Assembly: GCF_963921235.1 (NCBI RefSeq)
Contig: NC_086108.1
Span: 88,662,001 to 88,726,000 of the forward strand
Length of the DNA: 64,000 nt
Direction of reading: 5' to 3'
Origin: Mobula hypostoma
Lineage: Eukaryota
Each line of letters begins with the position of its first letter. Position 1 is the first letter of the stretch. Below the pieces are notes generated by a model. The model was given only the letters and a program-made list of their open reading frames with translations. It was not told the DNA's origin and made no database searches. Positions 14,381-26,949 of this stretch are shown here, one piece after another. A program made the translations under genes and the position numbers.

Positions 14381-14626
14381 GTCTTGATCCTCTTTTGTTG
14401 AAACTTGAATGTTTTCCCTATCTTCAAACTTACTGCTTCTGGAAAAAACACAAGACGTTTCCTTTAGTTCAGTACCATCCTTGATTACTCTTCATAGCCA
14501 AAGCTAGATCACTTTTCCTGTTATTTTGTTTTGCCTTGAAAGAAATGTATATGATTTTAAAACCACAAGTCAACTCCTTAAAACTTACCTATTGTTAGGT
14601 TACTATCATACCTTTTGATTTAGTTT

Positions 14627-15411
14627 CAAAGGACTCAAAGTATATTTATTATCAAATTATGTATGCAGTGTACAACCGTGAGATTAGTCTTCCACAAACA
14701 GTAATGAAACAAAGAAAAGCACAGAACACTAAGAAAAACATCAAACAATTCCATGCAAATGGCAACTAAAAGAATGAACATTAACATAGAATATAAAACA
14801 CAAAAACAAAAGAGTCCATATTCAGTTCAGCTCAGCGTTTATCCTTTGATTCAAAGCCCCAAAAAACACATCATAATGTGAACAACAGTCCAGTCCACAA
14901 ATCGTGGATATTAAATCTTGCTCTGGCACCATCCTCCGACAGCATTGAGGGAGGAGTGATCATTTGAACGCAGGGACCTTCCTTTAATAGCAGCGAGTGA
15001 GAGAGACAGAGACACACTGTCACATGCAGACACCTTCTTTGGCAGCAGCGAGCAAGGGGATGGTAGATAGCGCTGAACACTTGCTTCCCTTTGCCATGCA
15101 CCTCAATATTTTCAATTCTTTTTGAGGCTTTAATCAGTGAGATCAGTAAGAAACGTAGTCGATCATGGGCCCTTGTTCCACCTCCAAGCTTCCTGGCCTC
15201 TAGTGTCCCTGAACCCTCTTGGAGACAGCAAAGTGCCAGATTGCTTAATTGGCCCAAAAACCCATCAAACTGTAGATCACAGGCTCCAAAAGTACCAGAA
15301 CGAAATTTGATTTGAAAGAAAAAGAAAATGTAGAAGTGAAAGAAGCAGTTTTGTGGACCATCTTGAGGATGTTCACCCGTGGTAGTGTTGTTCGCTGGCA
15401 CCATCTTTGTC
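14627..15411 (-). mobile_element. Non-autonomous retroposon, same family as 44707-47218
   Basis: Colinear similarity with 46397-47218 over its whole length; AAGATGGTGCCAGCGAAC head. Confidence 0.75.
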
Positions 15412-17769
15412 AAGTTCTATCTACCGAAGGTAGCACACTCCTTCATAGTTTGAGCAACACACACAAAATGCTACAAAAGCTCAGCAAGTGAGACAGCATC
15501 ATGGAGAGGAATAAACAGTCAACATTTTAAGCCGAGTCCCTTCATCAGGAATGGAAAGGAAGGGGCACGGAAGCTGGAACTCCAAAACTTACTTTATTCA
15601 GGTACAATAACTTGGTTTCAACTGAACTAAATTACTATCCAATTTCATTAAAAAGTAGTGGGTTTTTGTGCATGTAGTTCATTAATACCTGTGCCTGTAC
15701 CCAAGGAATCCAAAGCCCTTCCCCCTGTACCATCTTTTTAGCATGTCTGTTCTCCTATTTCTATACTCAGTGTATCTGAAGATTGCCAGACTTGACGTCC
15801 TGCTTCGGAATTCCTTTTCTAACTTCTTGAAATCTTCCTGCAGGATGTCATCCTTTTTTTTTAAAAAATCAGTGTCATTAGTACTGAAATGGACTTTTGG
15901 CAGTTCACCCTCTCTGAAACTTCATGCAGCCATCCAATAATATGATATCTTCATCCCTAGCGCTGGGAGGAATACACGATCGCAGAATTATGCCTGCAGA
16001 AATGCTGATCGATAGAATATACCACCCTCAAAGCATAGAATCCCCTGCAACTATTCACCTCCTAATCTTTACCCTCTCATAGAAAGTTGAGCCACTCAAT
16101 GTAGCCTTAGCTCTTCCTTGGAATCTCCTAGAAGACCTGTCTATTTTTATTTCCTCCATCTGTTCTATCTCTGCCAGTACTCCAGTTGCAGGTTGGAAGT
16201 TTCCCAAAACATTACACACAAACTACTTGAACACACGGATAGATCATAGCGACCTCAGCTGCCCCTCAAGCTTCCAAGCCCCTGATAATCCAGTTCCTTC
16301 CTTCAGCTGTATATATTCATCAAATTAATTTCCCGATAAAAATGATTAAAACTATTAGTATTACATTATTTACTGTTTTATGTACCCTAAACAAAGTTTT
16401 ATGAATCCCTGGCCTTTTGTTTAAAGCAGTTTCCTTTTCCCATGTTCCTTTTAAACTCTCTGGGGCTCTGTCTCCTGCACTTCATTCAAGAACGCAACAC
16501 AGCACAGGATCAGACCCCTCAGCCCATGATGCATGTGCCCCCCCCATGATGTCAATCAAAACTAACAGTCTATATTCCTCCACTCCCTGTCAGTTCATGT
16601 GCCTGTTTAAATGCCTCCTAAAGATTGTTATTGTATCTGCTGCCACTGCTTCTCATGGTAGTATACACCAGACACTTATTGTTGTCTCAACGACCTGCCT
16701 TGTAAATCTCAATTAAACTTAAATCTCCCACCTTACCTTATAAGCTGCAATTGAAATTACACAACTAACGTGCATTTGCCCTAAGTGGGGACCAAAAGCA
16801 GACTTCAATGATAAATGCACAGAACCCTAACCATTAAACCACAAGAAACTGTAACAAGTTTCTTTTTCCTGAAGAATGACAATGGCCTTGAGGAAAGAGA
16901 GAGAATTTAACAGGCAAACTAGTGTTGAAAAGGAAGAGGTTAGTACTTGCACAAAAGAGCAACCTATAATGTTAGTTACTTCCTGTGCCAATGAGGGAAG
17001 TAATTTGGGTAACAGCCGATCACAGATCGGCAAGAAGTTTGTTCTGAACACAAGATCACAAGCTGGCCCAATCGGGCAAAATTCAAAAGAAGCTGGAGGG
17101 AGATGCCTTTTTGTTGGAGGAGTTACAGGATGTCCTGCTCTACAGACTCAACAGCTCTGAAACTTTGACTCTCACCCCCAAATACGTCTAACATCCCCTG
17201 CCCTTTTCCCCAATTAGCTTCGAGATAAAAATATCTACACCTATAAGTTCTTCTTCATTTATGGATGGTTGAGCATGCTGTGGAGTAGGGGAAAGCAGGG
17301 CAAGTGCAAAGCAATGTATTCTGGTCAACGTTTCAAACTATGTTTAACTATAGCAGGCCTTTCAGATTTGGAACAGGTTCAGGTACAGGAACCCATGCTA
17401 TGGGCAGAACAAAATTACGAAGCTGAAAAGCCCTGCTATCTGAACAAGTGCACTGATTCAGGTTGGGAAATCATTAAGGTTAAAGAGAACAGGAAAGAAG
17501 GCAGTAATGACAAAAAGGTTCATCACGCAGTACTTCAACGTTATATAGATTGTCCCAGGAAGAAATCTGCCACTTCAAAGTTTCCAATTAGAATCAGGTT
17601 TGATAAACAACAGAGTGCATAGCCAAGAGAGACTGTAACCACTAACCCTATGAATACAATCCACAGTGTTTGCTGAAAGCAAAAAAAAAATTAAACAGCA
17701 CCTGATATATTATAAGCCAACTACTGGACAGTGAACTTCTGTGATAGCAGTTTTACTATTGGTCATTGA

Positions 17770-18060
17770 CATCATCATCATGCGCCCTGTCCTATGACAT
17801 AGGTGATCTTCTCACCATGATTGTTTTTGGCAAACTTTTCTACAGAAGTGGTTTGCCATTGCCTTCTTCCGGGCAGTGTCTCTACAAGACGGGTGACCGC
17901 AGTCAGTATCAATACTCTTCAGAGATTGTCTACCTGGCGTTAGTGGTCGCACAACCAGGACTTGGGATATGCACCAACTGCTCATCTTGATCAAAGGTGA
18001 CCTGCAGGCTAGCAGAGGGAAGGAGTGCCTTGCACCTTCTTCGGTACAGACCCCGTCCAA
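17770..18060 (-). mobile_element. RTE/BovB-related short element; second copy at ~32785-33155(-)
   Basis: Two similar copies carry GAAGAAGGCAATGGCAAACCACTTCTGTAG, which resembles the BovB/Bov-A GGAGAAGG.AATGGCAACCCACTCCAGT segment. (GAT)n tail. Confidence 0.65.
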
Positions 18061-18376
18061 ATTGACACTGACACTGAGTCATTGACACTACTCCCAAATT
18101 AGACCGAGCCACAAGCTATCTATGTCCACATCTAAAACATGCTTTAAAAAGTGCATCTGCTGATATGCCTGTACCAAAGGTTTTTAACGTGCAAATGTGT
18201 CAGAAACCGGAAGCAATCAACACTGGAACTAGACGTTGAAACAATGGTCCTTACAGGCAAAACGCTAAATAAATGTCAGCTAACACGCACAAGTTCAACT
18301 CAGTTCTGCCAGTTCTTTTATCTGAGCTTGCAACAGATGTCTGCATAGGAACACCGGCTATTAGATACACACTAAC

Positions 18377-18458
18377 CTTGTTTGAGACGAAAAAGCGTTC
18401 TTTCGAGCTTGTCGAAGCGATTTAAGTGAAGAATTCGAACTTGTTTAGGATGCTGCAT
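18377..18458 (-). CDS. AGL: AGL first coding exon (MQHPKQVRILHLNRFDKLERTLFRLKQG); the exon including 5'UTR probably spans 18377-18521
   Basis: Manual translation closely resembles the vertebrate glycogen debranching enzyme N-terminus ([28 protein letters not shown]). Donor G|GTTAGT at 18377/18376; acceptor ...TTTTTAG| at 18522. 82 coding nt, ends in phase 1. Confidence 0.95.
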
Positions 18459-19965
18459 GTTTCAATGTTAAACGTAACGTTTCTCCCCAGCAGAAAGTAA
18501 ACAAGGTTAAATCAGCAACCCCTAAAAACACACATAAAATGGACAGTATGTCAAATGGACGATTCCCTACCATAAACATTTTAACATTATAAGCACCAGC
18601 GGAGTAGGCGAAAAGCAAGGAAAGACTGTTACATTGAACGGCAGCAACACCAGCCCCAGCTACGCTCAACTAATTTCCTCCCAAAGGGCCGTTGGCTTGA
18701 GAAACGTTAAATTAACGGCGAGCTGGATTCAGTAACAGCCACTGGTTGATTGGTGCAGGCGCAGTAGGTTAACATTATCACTCAAACCACTGACTTCATG
18801 GCTACTGCGATCTACAGGGGGAGCGATCACTCCCCATCGCAGCCTCTGTGGGACAGTTTGTACGAATATAAATATAGGAGATTCTGCAGATTCAAACATT
18901 CAGAAATTATCAACGTATGTATGCAGCTTACACCCCTGAGATTCGATACTGGAAATCCAGAGTAATATACACAAAAATGCTGGAGGAACTCAAAAGGTCA
19001 GGCAGCATCTATAGAGAGGAAAAAACAGACCGTTTGCCTGTCTCAGCCCGAAACTTCGACTGTTTTCTATTTTCCATGGATGCTGCCTGACCTGCCGAGT
19101 TCCTCTAGCACTTCTTGTGTGTGTTGCTCTGGATTTCCAGCAACTGCAGATTTTCTCGTGTTTGTGACCTTTTGCCTGACCTGCTGAGTTCCTCCAGCAC
19201 TGTGTGTGTATCGTTCTGTACGACCACACCGCTGAATTGTGGACAACTCCCACCAATCCCTTACACCCACTCGGGCTCTCTCCATCTTCTGACCCCCTCC
19301 AGCACACCCTAATCCAATACTCATCATGAGATCTTTCTCTACCCTCTGACATGCCCCATACTAATCCCGAGCCTTCTAAATCCCCTGACCCTCTCAACTC
19401 ATATCGACTTCTCAGTATACCCCTGAATCAATCAATAGTCATTCGCGGTTCAATCTATTCTCTGACCATCGCTTCCCACCCTTACCCAGCACCGGGCTCT
19501 CTCTACCCTCTAATTTCCAAGTGCATCCCTCCCCAGCTCTCTGATTCCCTCTCACACACTCATCACGGGCTCTTTCTACCCTTTGATCCTCTTTATCTGC
19601 CTCCCGCCGTATTCACCCAGGGTTCTCTTTGCTCGCTATCCCTCTTTTGTCATGCCTGTATTTTACTACTGTCACAAAACAAATTTCACGACTGTCAGTG
19701 GAAATAAACTCGATTCTGATATACCCTCAGACTCGAGCTCTCTGATCCCCACGTCCTTCGGCTTCTCTAGCACCTGCCAATGCCCCCTCCTCCCAGCCTT
19801 CCTCCCTCTCCATTGCCCCTCCACCCCCCACAACTCACTCCCAGTTCTGACCCGCCAAATTCTTGCCGTTGACCCAGTTCTTTCTGCTCTCTCCAGATAC
19901 CTTCCCGTTGCCACCTCAGATCATCCCGCTCTGACCCTCAAAGTCACCCAAAACCAACGCCTGAC

Positions 19966-20250
19966 CTGGGCCAGATCTCTCAATCCACCGTCCCGGGTCC
20001 CCAGCTCAGCCCCGGCCGCTCGGGTCTGGGATTACGCCTCTGGCAGCACCTCCTCTGCAAGAACAGGACCTGTCTCTCAGTTGTCGCCTCCTCGGATGAA
20101 GCTGACTCCTGAGCAACGGAAAGGGAGGCTGGTGCAACACCGGGTACGTTCTACCCAGTCAGATAGACCCGATGCCCCACTCAGGCCTAGAGAAGGGCGA
20201 GCGCCGCCATGTTTATGCGGGGCAGAAAAAGGCTCCGCCCACTAACCTGC
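19966..20250 (-). promoter_or_regulatory. Probable AGL promoter / non-coding first exon (CpG-rich)
   Basis: Local CpG enrichment, GC box (CTCCGCCCA near 20233-20241), YY1-like AACATGGCGGC on the minus strand near 20203-20213, and a candidate donor CAG|GTCAG at 19966/19965. It lies about 1.5 kb upstream of the AGL ATG exon. Confidence 0.55.
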
Positions 20251-21049
20251 AGTCATAGCTTCAGACTCTAAAGTTCAGACATTGCTCGCTCCAGCTGCTG
20301 TCCTTTTTCTCTACTCGGCTGTTTCCCATTTCCCACAACTTGGCATCTTTTGCAGTGAAATGTAATGCGGCTCCCCCACTCTCACTGTGGGCCAGTCTAC
20401 TGTGATGTCACTGTTGTAACATCATGACTGTAAATTGCGATTGATGAAGGTCACATTTATTAGGGGCTTTACAGTGCAGAATTACATTGATATTGCAGCA
20501 TAGTAATAATTACTTCGCGGCTGAGCAATTTCCAAGGGACAAATGTAGCACCCGTATCATCAAAGTAGGGAGGAAATGCGCAATCTGTGCACAATTCTGA
20601 TAATGTGGCTTTCTAAGGCTTAAAAATCTCGATCTCAAGTCTGCCACTACAGTTTTTAAGATTAGGTGGAGACCTGACATGAAGTGAAAGAGTAGTTTTT
20701 TTTTAAAGCTGCATATGTTAAAAGCCTGAAGTAAAAACAGAAATACAGGAGATATTTAGGTCAGACTGTATCTGCAGAGAGGGAAGCATCTTAGCCAAAC
20801 ACAAACACAAAATGCTGGAGGAAGTCAGCAGGTCAGACACATCTATGGGCGGGAGTAAACAGTCGACGTTTAGGGCGGAGATCTTTCATCAGGACGGATA
20901 AGGAAAGGGGAAGAAGCCTGAAAAAGATGGTAAGGGGAGGGGAAGAAGTACAAGATGCAAGGATGAAAGTGAAGCCAGGTGTAGGGAAGGTTGGGTTGCT
21001 GGGGGACGGGGTGGGGGTGATGAAGTAAGAAATTGGGAGGTGATAAGTG

Positions 21050-23680
21050 TTCTTGTAAATTTAATAGCGCTTGCAGACCAACATAAGGTATATTAGTGCC
21101 ACGTACCAAGGTAGAGTGTGGAGTAAGAAGAGAGGAAGAATACCCACTAACCTCCCCCCATCCCAAATAACATCAATAAGTCTAATGCTTTTCAGAATGT
21201 CAAACACGCAGTTATATACATTACGATGGCAGAGATATCCTAACAAACTTTCCATGTTAAACTGTGTCTGTCCCAAAGATCTTAATTTAGCAATTAGACC
21301 TTACCTTCGCACCTTGTAGGAACTTCATTCAAGCAATATATGCTGCACCGTTTCTTGACAAGTGCACTCCCTACAAATGCCTCCATCGTGCTTATTACTT
21401 CTGAACAGGGAATTAGGCAATGGAGTATGTTGAATAAGTACACATACATGTAAGTATAACTTCTTTCCTTTTATACCCATCTCCCAGTTGAGTTCCCATT
21501 GTCTTCTGAATTTTATATAAATACCATCCTTTCTTTTTATCCCAACTTTGTTACCACCATGTTCAAATGTCTTTTTAATTATGGCTTTCACCTCCCCTTT
21601 ATGGAAAGCCACCACTACATTTACAAATGTACATTCTTGGTAAGTGATTGCCTGGCTAGAATGTCTGCCACCTTGTTTTCTTCAACCCCAACATAGACTT
21701 TGTCTGATGATCTTCTCTTAATAGTCACCTGAAACTTTGGAACATAAACAGAAATACCTGAGTAACCTGTCACTGGAACCCTTGAAAGTGTGGAAGAAAA
21801 ATAGTAAGACATTGTGACGAATGTTAAGGGGTTAATGACCTTCTTCTAGTATGTGAATTCAAAGTCTGTAATCGCTTATCTGCAACTAATGTACACTGTG
21901 TGACTGAAATGTGCTTTGTAGGCAGGATGGGAAAATAACTATGTCTGTGCTTCCTTGTTCTAAGAATCATCACATGTCTGCGCTTGGGAAAGCCTGATAT
22001 ACTGTCCTGAGAACTAACACTTAAGAAAATGTATAACCACTCGAGGACATATGGTGCAACTTCGCTATTCTAACGAGTTGTAGTTGAAGTTCCCTCTTTC
22101 AGATTTAAGCGCTTCTTGTCACGTACGCCTGGGGTATAAATAAGAGTGTAATCCATTGTTGAGCAGGGCTACGGAGCTCCATTTAGCAGTCTGGGCTCTC
22201 CATGATACCATGTAATAAAACCCTTTAGTCTGGAGCAATTCTCTGAGTCGGCCTGATCTATTCTGTCTGCTGCTCCTGAGATTTTTATTCCGCAACAGAA
22301 AGATCTATATAAATATGCAAGAAGCTATAATATCTGCCTTGCATATATTGCTGAACTTCCTGTGCCACTATTTAGAATCAACCTTCATCTTGATCTTTTC
22401 TTGAAGACTTCAATCAACCACAGGTAAAACCATAGAGGAGTGACCGAAAGGGCTACACTGGGAACATATTCCAAATTCTTGCCATGCCCTCTTCTAGTTG
22501 CTGCTATCGGGAAGAAGGTACAGGAGCCTCAGGACCGACACCTGTTCAGGAACAGTTATAACCCCTCAACCATCACGTTCTTGAACCAGAGGGAATAAAT
22601 TCACTCAACTTCACCTGTCCCATCATAAACTTCTCCCTCAACTTATGGACTCAATATTTATTCATCTATCTATTTATTTATTTAGCATTTGCACAGTTTG
22701 TTCATTCTGCACCTATGTTGTTTGTCCATCCTGTTGGGTACGATCTTTCACTGATGCTATTAAGTTTCTTGGATATTATGAATATGCCCACTTGAAAATG
22801 AATCTCTGGGTAGTATATGGTAACATATACAGGTAAGCACTTAGATAATAAATTTATTTTGAACGTTAAACAACCCCAATTTTGTGTCCACTCATTTCCC
22901 ATCCACTAAAACTGAAGACCTTACAAATGCAGTGCTCCCAGTGCTCTACTAATGTTGCCATTATTGGATGACCAACTTTATATCCTCTTTGTTAACCCAA
23001 TTATCTATTGTTAACTGTAAACTGTGTAAATGTAAAGATATTCCATTTCTACCAGTAATGCTGAATTTGGGGATGATTTAATAGCACCACAACATAATCT
23101 CAAAGGTTGAGCTTGAACTTCATCTAGGGGCTTTAAGACTGTTGGTGAGGCTGACCCAAAAACGAAACATCCATAGTCTGAATAAAGCAGTATACATTTG
23201 ATTAAGTGACCTTGCACCCCATCACATCCAAATAAGCACCTGAGCACATTAAGGGCTTTACTATACATCTCTAGAATTCTATTCATATACACCTTCCATG
23301 TTACTCTTGCGTCCGTCCACGTACTTAGAAACTTTACTACTGACTCTTGTTTAAGAGATTTAACAAAGAACTTGAGGTCAATTGTAGGTAACACACACAA
23401 AATGCTGGAGGAATTCAGCAAAGTTTCTCCAGCATTTTGTCTGCATTACTTGAATTTCCAGTATCTGCAGATCTTCGCTTGTTTGTGAACAATTGTGGGT
23501 GTAATGTTCCTTTTAGAAAAACAAATAACTTGAGTCTCTTCAACAGATCATTAAAACCCCCACCGACGTCCCCATTCTTCTACTTCATTAATAGCTGCCT
23601 GCATTTTCCTAACTATAATCCTGCTTCTCTTCCACACCACACTATTGTCAGGATATAACAATTTAGAATTGTCTGAGCCA
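21050..23680 (-). mobile_element. Degenerate Nimb/I-clade LINE with RT, RNase H and zinc-knuckle remnants
   Basis: LCCGAIKSSP.SALLVE, LHIY(I)D.S|K.PVTG (RNase H), VGVEENKVADILARQSL and C..C...ETVQHILLE remnants. The 3' end at about 21050-21130 resembles Nimb tails. Interrupted by younger insertions. Confidence 0.75.
21789..22297 (+). mobile_element. Solo LTR (509 bp)
   Basis: TG...CA ends with an imperfect terminal inverted repeat, 5-bp TSD GAAAG (21784-21788 / 22298-22302), TATAAA at 22135-22140 and AATAAA at 22214-22219. Removing it rejoins the RNase H motif of the host LINE. Confidence 0.88.
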
Positions 23681-23699
23681 ACATTTTAAAAAATCATTA

Positions 23700-25920
23700 A
23701 TTAAGGTCATAGGTGGAAGAGGTAAAAGGCTGAAGAAAAAGGAATGTGGTAGGAGAGAAGAGTGGACTACGGGACAAAGTGAAGGAGGTGTGGCACAAGA
23801 GAGAGGTAATAGGCGGGTGAAGGGAAGGGAGGGGATACAAGGGGAATCAGAATAGGGAGTTGTAAAATAGAGAAAGGAGTTGGGGAAAATTACTGGAATA
23901 TAGATAAATCAATGTCTGGGAAATGGAAGAGATGCATGTGAAGACAGCAACGATGGTAGAGAAAGTTAACCCCAATTTTTTAAAGAAGGAGGATGGGTCA
24001 GATGTTCTGGAATGGGAAACCTCATCCTGAGAAATGATGTAACAGAGATGGAGGAAATGTGAAAAGGGAACAGCAATTTTACAAGTGACAGGGTGGGAAG
24101 AGGTATAGTGATGATAGCTATGAGAGTCGGTAGGTTTATAAAAGATATCAGTAGACAGTCTGTCTCCAGAAAGACTGAAAAAAGGGAGAGAAGTATAACT
24201 TACAGAGATAGACCTCACAGAGAAAGACCTAGTAAATTTGAGAGCAGGATGGAATTTGGAGGTAAATTGATGGCGAGCTCAACAGGGATTCAGGAAGTAA
24301 CACCAATGCAGTTGTCATATAGGGCAAAGAGTTGAGGTTTATCAGTGTAGGCTTGGAACACGGACATTCCCATAGCTGCCAAAAAGGCACACATAACTGT
24401 GGCCCATTTGGACACTTACAACTTGAATTTACCTTGGAACATCTGGACAGCAAAGATGTATACATAAGGATGCTCTTTATTGATTACGGCACAACACTTA
24501 GTACCATCACTCCTTCAAAACTAATCAGTAAGTTCCAAGACCTTGGCCTCAATACCACGTTGTGCAATTGGATCCTGGATTTCCTCACTTGTAGACCCCT
24601 ATCAGTTCAGATTGGCAGAAACATTCCCTCCACGATCTCCATCATAACAGGTGCACCACAGGGCTGTGAGCATAGACCGCTGCTCCATTTGCTTTACACT
24701 TATGACTGTGTGGCTAAGCACAGCTCCAAAACCATATTCAAGTTTGCTGATGACACCACTGTTGTGGGCTGTGTCAAAGGTGGTGGGATAAATCAGCATA
24801 CAAGAGGGAGATTGAAAATTTGGCTGAGCGGTGTTATAACAATAACCTCTCACCCAATGTCAGCAAGCTGATTGTAGGCTTCAGGAGAGGGAAACCAGAG
24901 GGCCATGAGCCAATCCTCGTTGGAAGATCAAAGGTGGAGAGGGTTAGTAACACTAAATTGCTGGGTGTCACTATTTCAGAGGATCTATCCTGTACCCAGC
25001 ATGTAAATGCAATTGTGAAGAAAGCATGACAGTGCCTCTTCTTCCCTAGAAGTCTGCGGAGATTCGGCATGACATCAAAAACTTTGACAAACTCTATGGA
25101 TGTGTAGTAGAGAGTATATTGACTAGCTGAATCATGGCCTGGTATGGAAAGACCAATGCGTTTGAATGGAAAATCCTACCAAAGGTAGTGGATTCGGCCC
25201 AGTACATCACGGATAAAGTCCTCCCAACTATTGAGCACATCTACATGAAACGGCTGTCAGAGGAAAGTAGCATCCATCATCAGAGATCCTCACCACCCAG
25301 GCCAAGTTCTTTTCTCACTGATGCCATCAGGTATAAGAGCATTAGGACTTGCACTACCAGGTTCAAGCACAGTTACTACCCTACCCCTGAACCATCAGAT
25401 TTTTTAAAAAAAGGGGATAACTGCACTCACACCCACCCATTGAATGATCCCATAACCAATTATCTCACTTTAAGGGCTCTTTATCTTGTTATTGCATGTT
25501 CTCATTATTTTTTGCTATTTAATTATATTTGCATTTGCACTGTTGTCTTCTGTATCCTATTTGATCTTTCATTGATCGTGTTTTAGTTACTATTCTATAG
25601 ATTTGCTGAGTATGCCCGTAGGAAAGTGATTCTCAGGGTTACATATATGTACCCTGATAATAACATTTATTTTAACTTTGAACTGGGGGAGGAGCTGAAA
25701 GAGAAATTGTTGAATGCAAGGGCCGGTTCCACCAGAAGGAGGAGGGTGGTGGTGGAGGGGAACTGGTTAGGGCTGTTGTCTAGAAAGAAGCAAAGAGCTT
25801 TAAGACCTTCTTGACGGGACATAGAAGTGTAGAGGGATTGGATATCCATGGTGAAAATTTGGTGAGCAGGGCCAGGGAACTGAAAGTGGTGGATTGATCG
25901 AGAGCATGTGAAGTGTCACA
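23700..25920 (-). mobile_element. Penelope-like element RT remnant, interrupted by a Rex-like LINE; its 3' part continues at ~20790-21050
   Basis: MDIQSLYTS, LAFNNFSF and TDIFYKPTDSHSY..YTSSHP..CK.A.PFS motifs, typical of Penelope-like RT. Confidence 0.85.
24335..25680 (+). mobile_element. Rex1/Babar-like LINE, 5'-truncated
   Basis: ORF 24332..24871 has RT motifs (RMLFIDY, TGAPQG, FKFADDTTVVG); a 3' tail is present. Confidence 0.87.
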
Positions 25921-26219
25921 GGTTTCAAACATCCAGTTTAGATGTTTGTTTGCATCAAAGGCTCTGAAGATATTCCCAGTTATTTTCATTCTTTACTGGA
26001 CATTACAGATATCAGAAAGATATTGGAAGATTAAGTGGCTGGGAGAGAAGCTGGCATATGTTGTCTCATGTGGGAGAAAAATGAAGTTGTTCATCTTAGA
26101 AGGAACTACAAAGAACAAATGGAACAAAACTGTTGAAGCTGCAGGTAGAATTATTTAGGGAGTCCTTGTTAATAAAATACAGAAAGCTAACACACTAATG
26201 CAACTGGTAATAAGGAGAG

Positions 26220-26900
26220 CTAACATCCCATAAGCTTTCTTAACTACCCTATCTACCTGTGAGGCAACTTTCAGGGATCTGTGGACATGTACCCCCAGAT
26301 CCTTCTGCTCCTCCATACTACCAAGTATCCTGCCATTTACTTTGTACTCTGCCTTGGAGTTTGTCCTTCCAAAGTGTACCGCCTCACACTTTTCCGGGTT
26401 GAACTCTACCTGCCACTTCTCAGCCCACTTCTGCATCCTATCAATGTCTCTCTGCAATCTTCGACAATCCTCTACACTACCCACAACACCACCAACCTTT
26501 GTGTCGTCTGCAAACTTGCCAACCCACCCTTCTACCCCAGATCCAGATCGTTGATAAAAATCACGAAAAGTAGAGGTCCCAAAACTGATCCTTGTGGGAC
26601 ACCACTAGTCTCAACCCTCCAATACAAATGTACTCCCTCCACCGTAACCCTTTGTTTTCTGCAGGCAAGCCAATTCTGAATCCACCTGGCCAAACTTCCC
26701 TGGATCCCATACCTTCTGACTTCCTGAATAAGCCTACCATGTGGAACCTTGTCAAATGCCTTACTAAAATCTATGTAGATCACATCCACTGCACTACCCT
26801 CATCTATATGCCTGGTCACCTCCTCAAAGAACTCTATCAGGCTTGTTAGACACGATCTGCCCTTCACAAAGCCATGCTGACTGTCCCTGATCAGTCCCTG
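26220..26900 (-). mobile_element. CR1 RT fragment, truncated at both ends
   Basis: [42 protein letters not shown] and KWQVEFNPEKC motifs. Confidence 0.92.
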
Positions 26901-26949
26901 ATCGAGCAACTCACTGATGGGATAGTCCTGCAGCATTTGATGTTATTAG

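Noticed and set aside
14871..15413. 180-aa minus-strand ORF with partial similarity to ORFs at 46782-47214
   Set aside because: The similarity reflects shared repeat DNA; the frame is broken in the other copy, so conserved coding is not supported.
19583..20245. 220-aa plus-strand ORF
   Set aside because: Low-complexity Pro/Ser/Leu content arises from a C-rich, stop-poor promoter region; no recognisable domain.
21813..22297. Alternative LTR start at TGTGACG (21813)
   Set aside because: It gives no TSD. The start at 21789 gives a GAAAG duplication and rejoins the host LINE motif.
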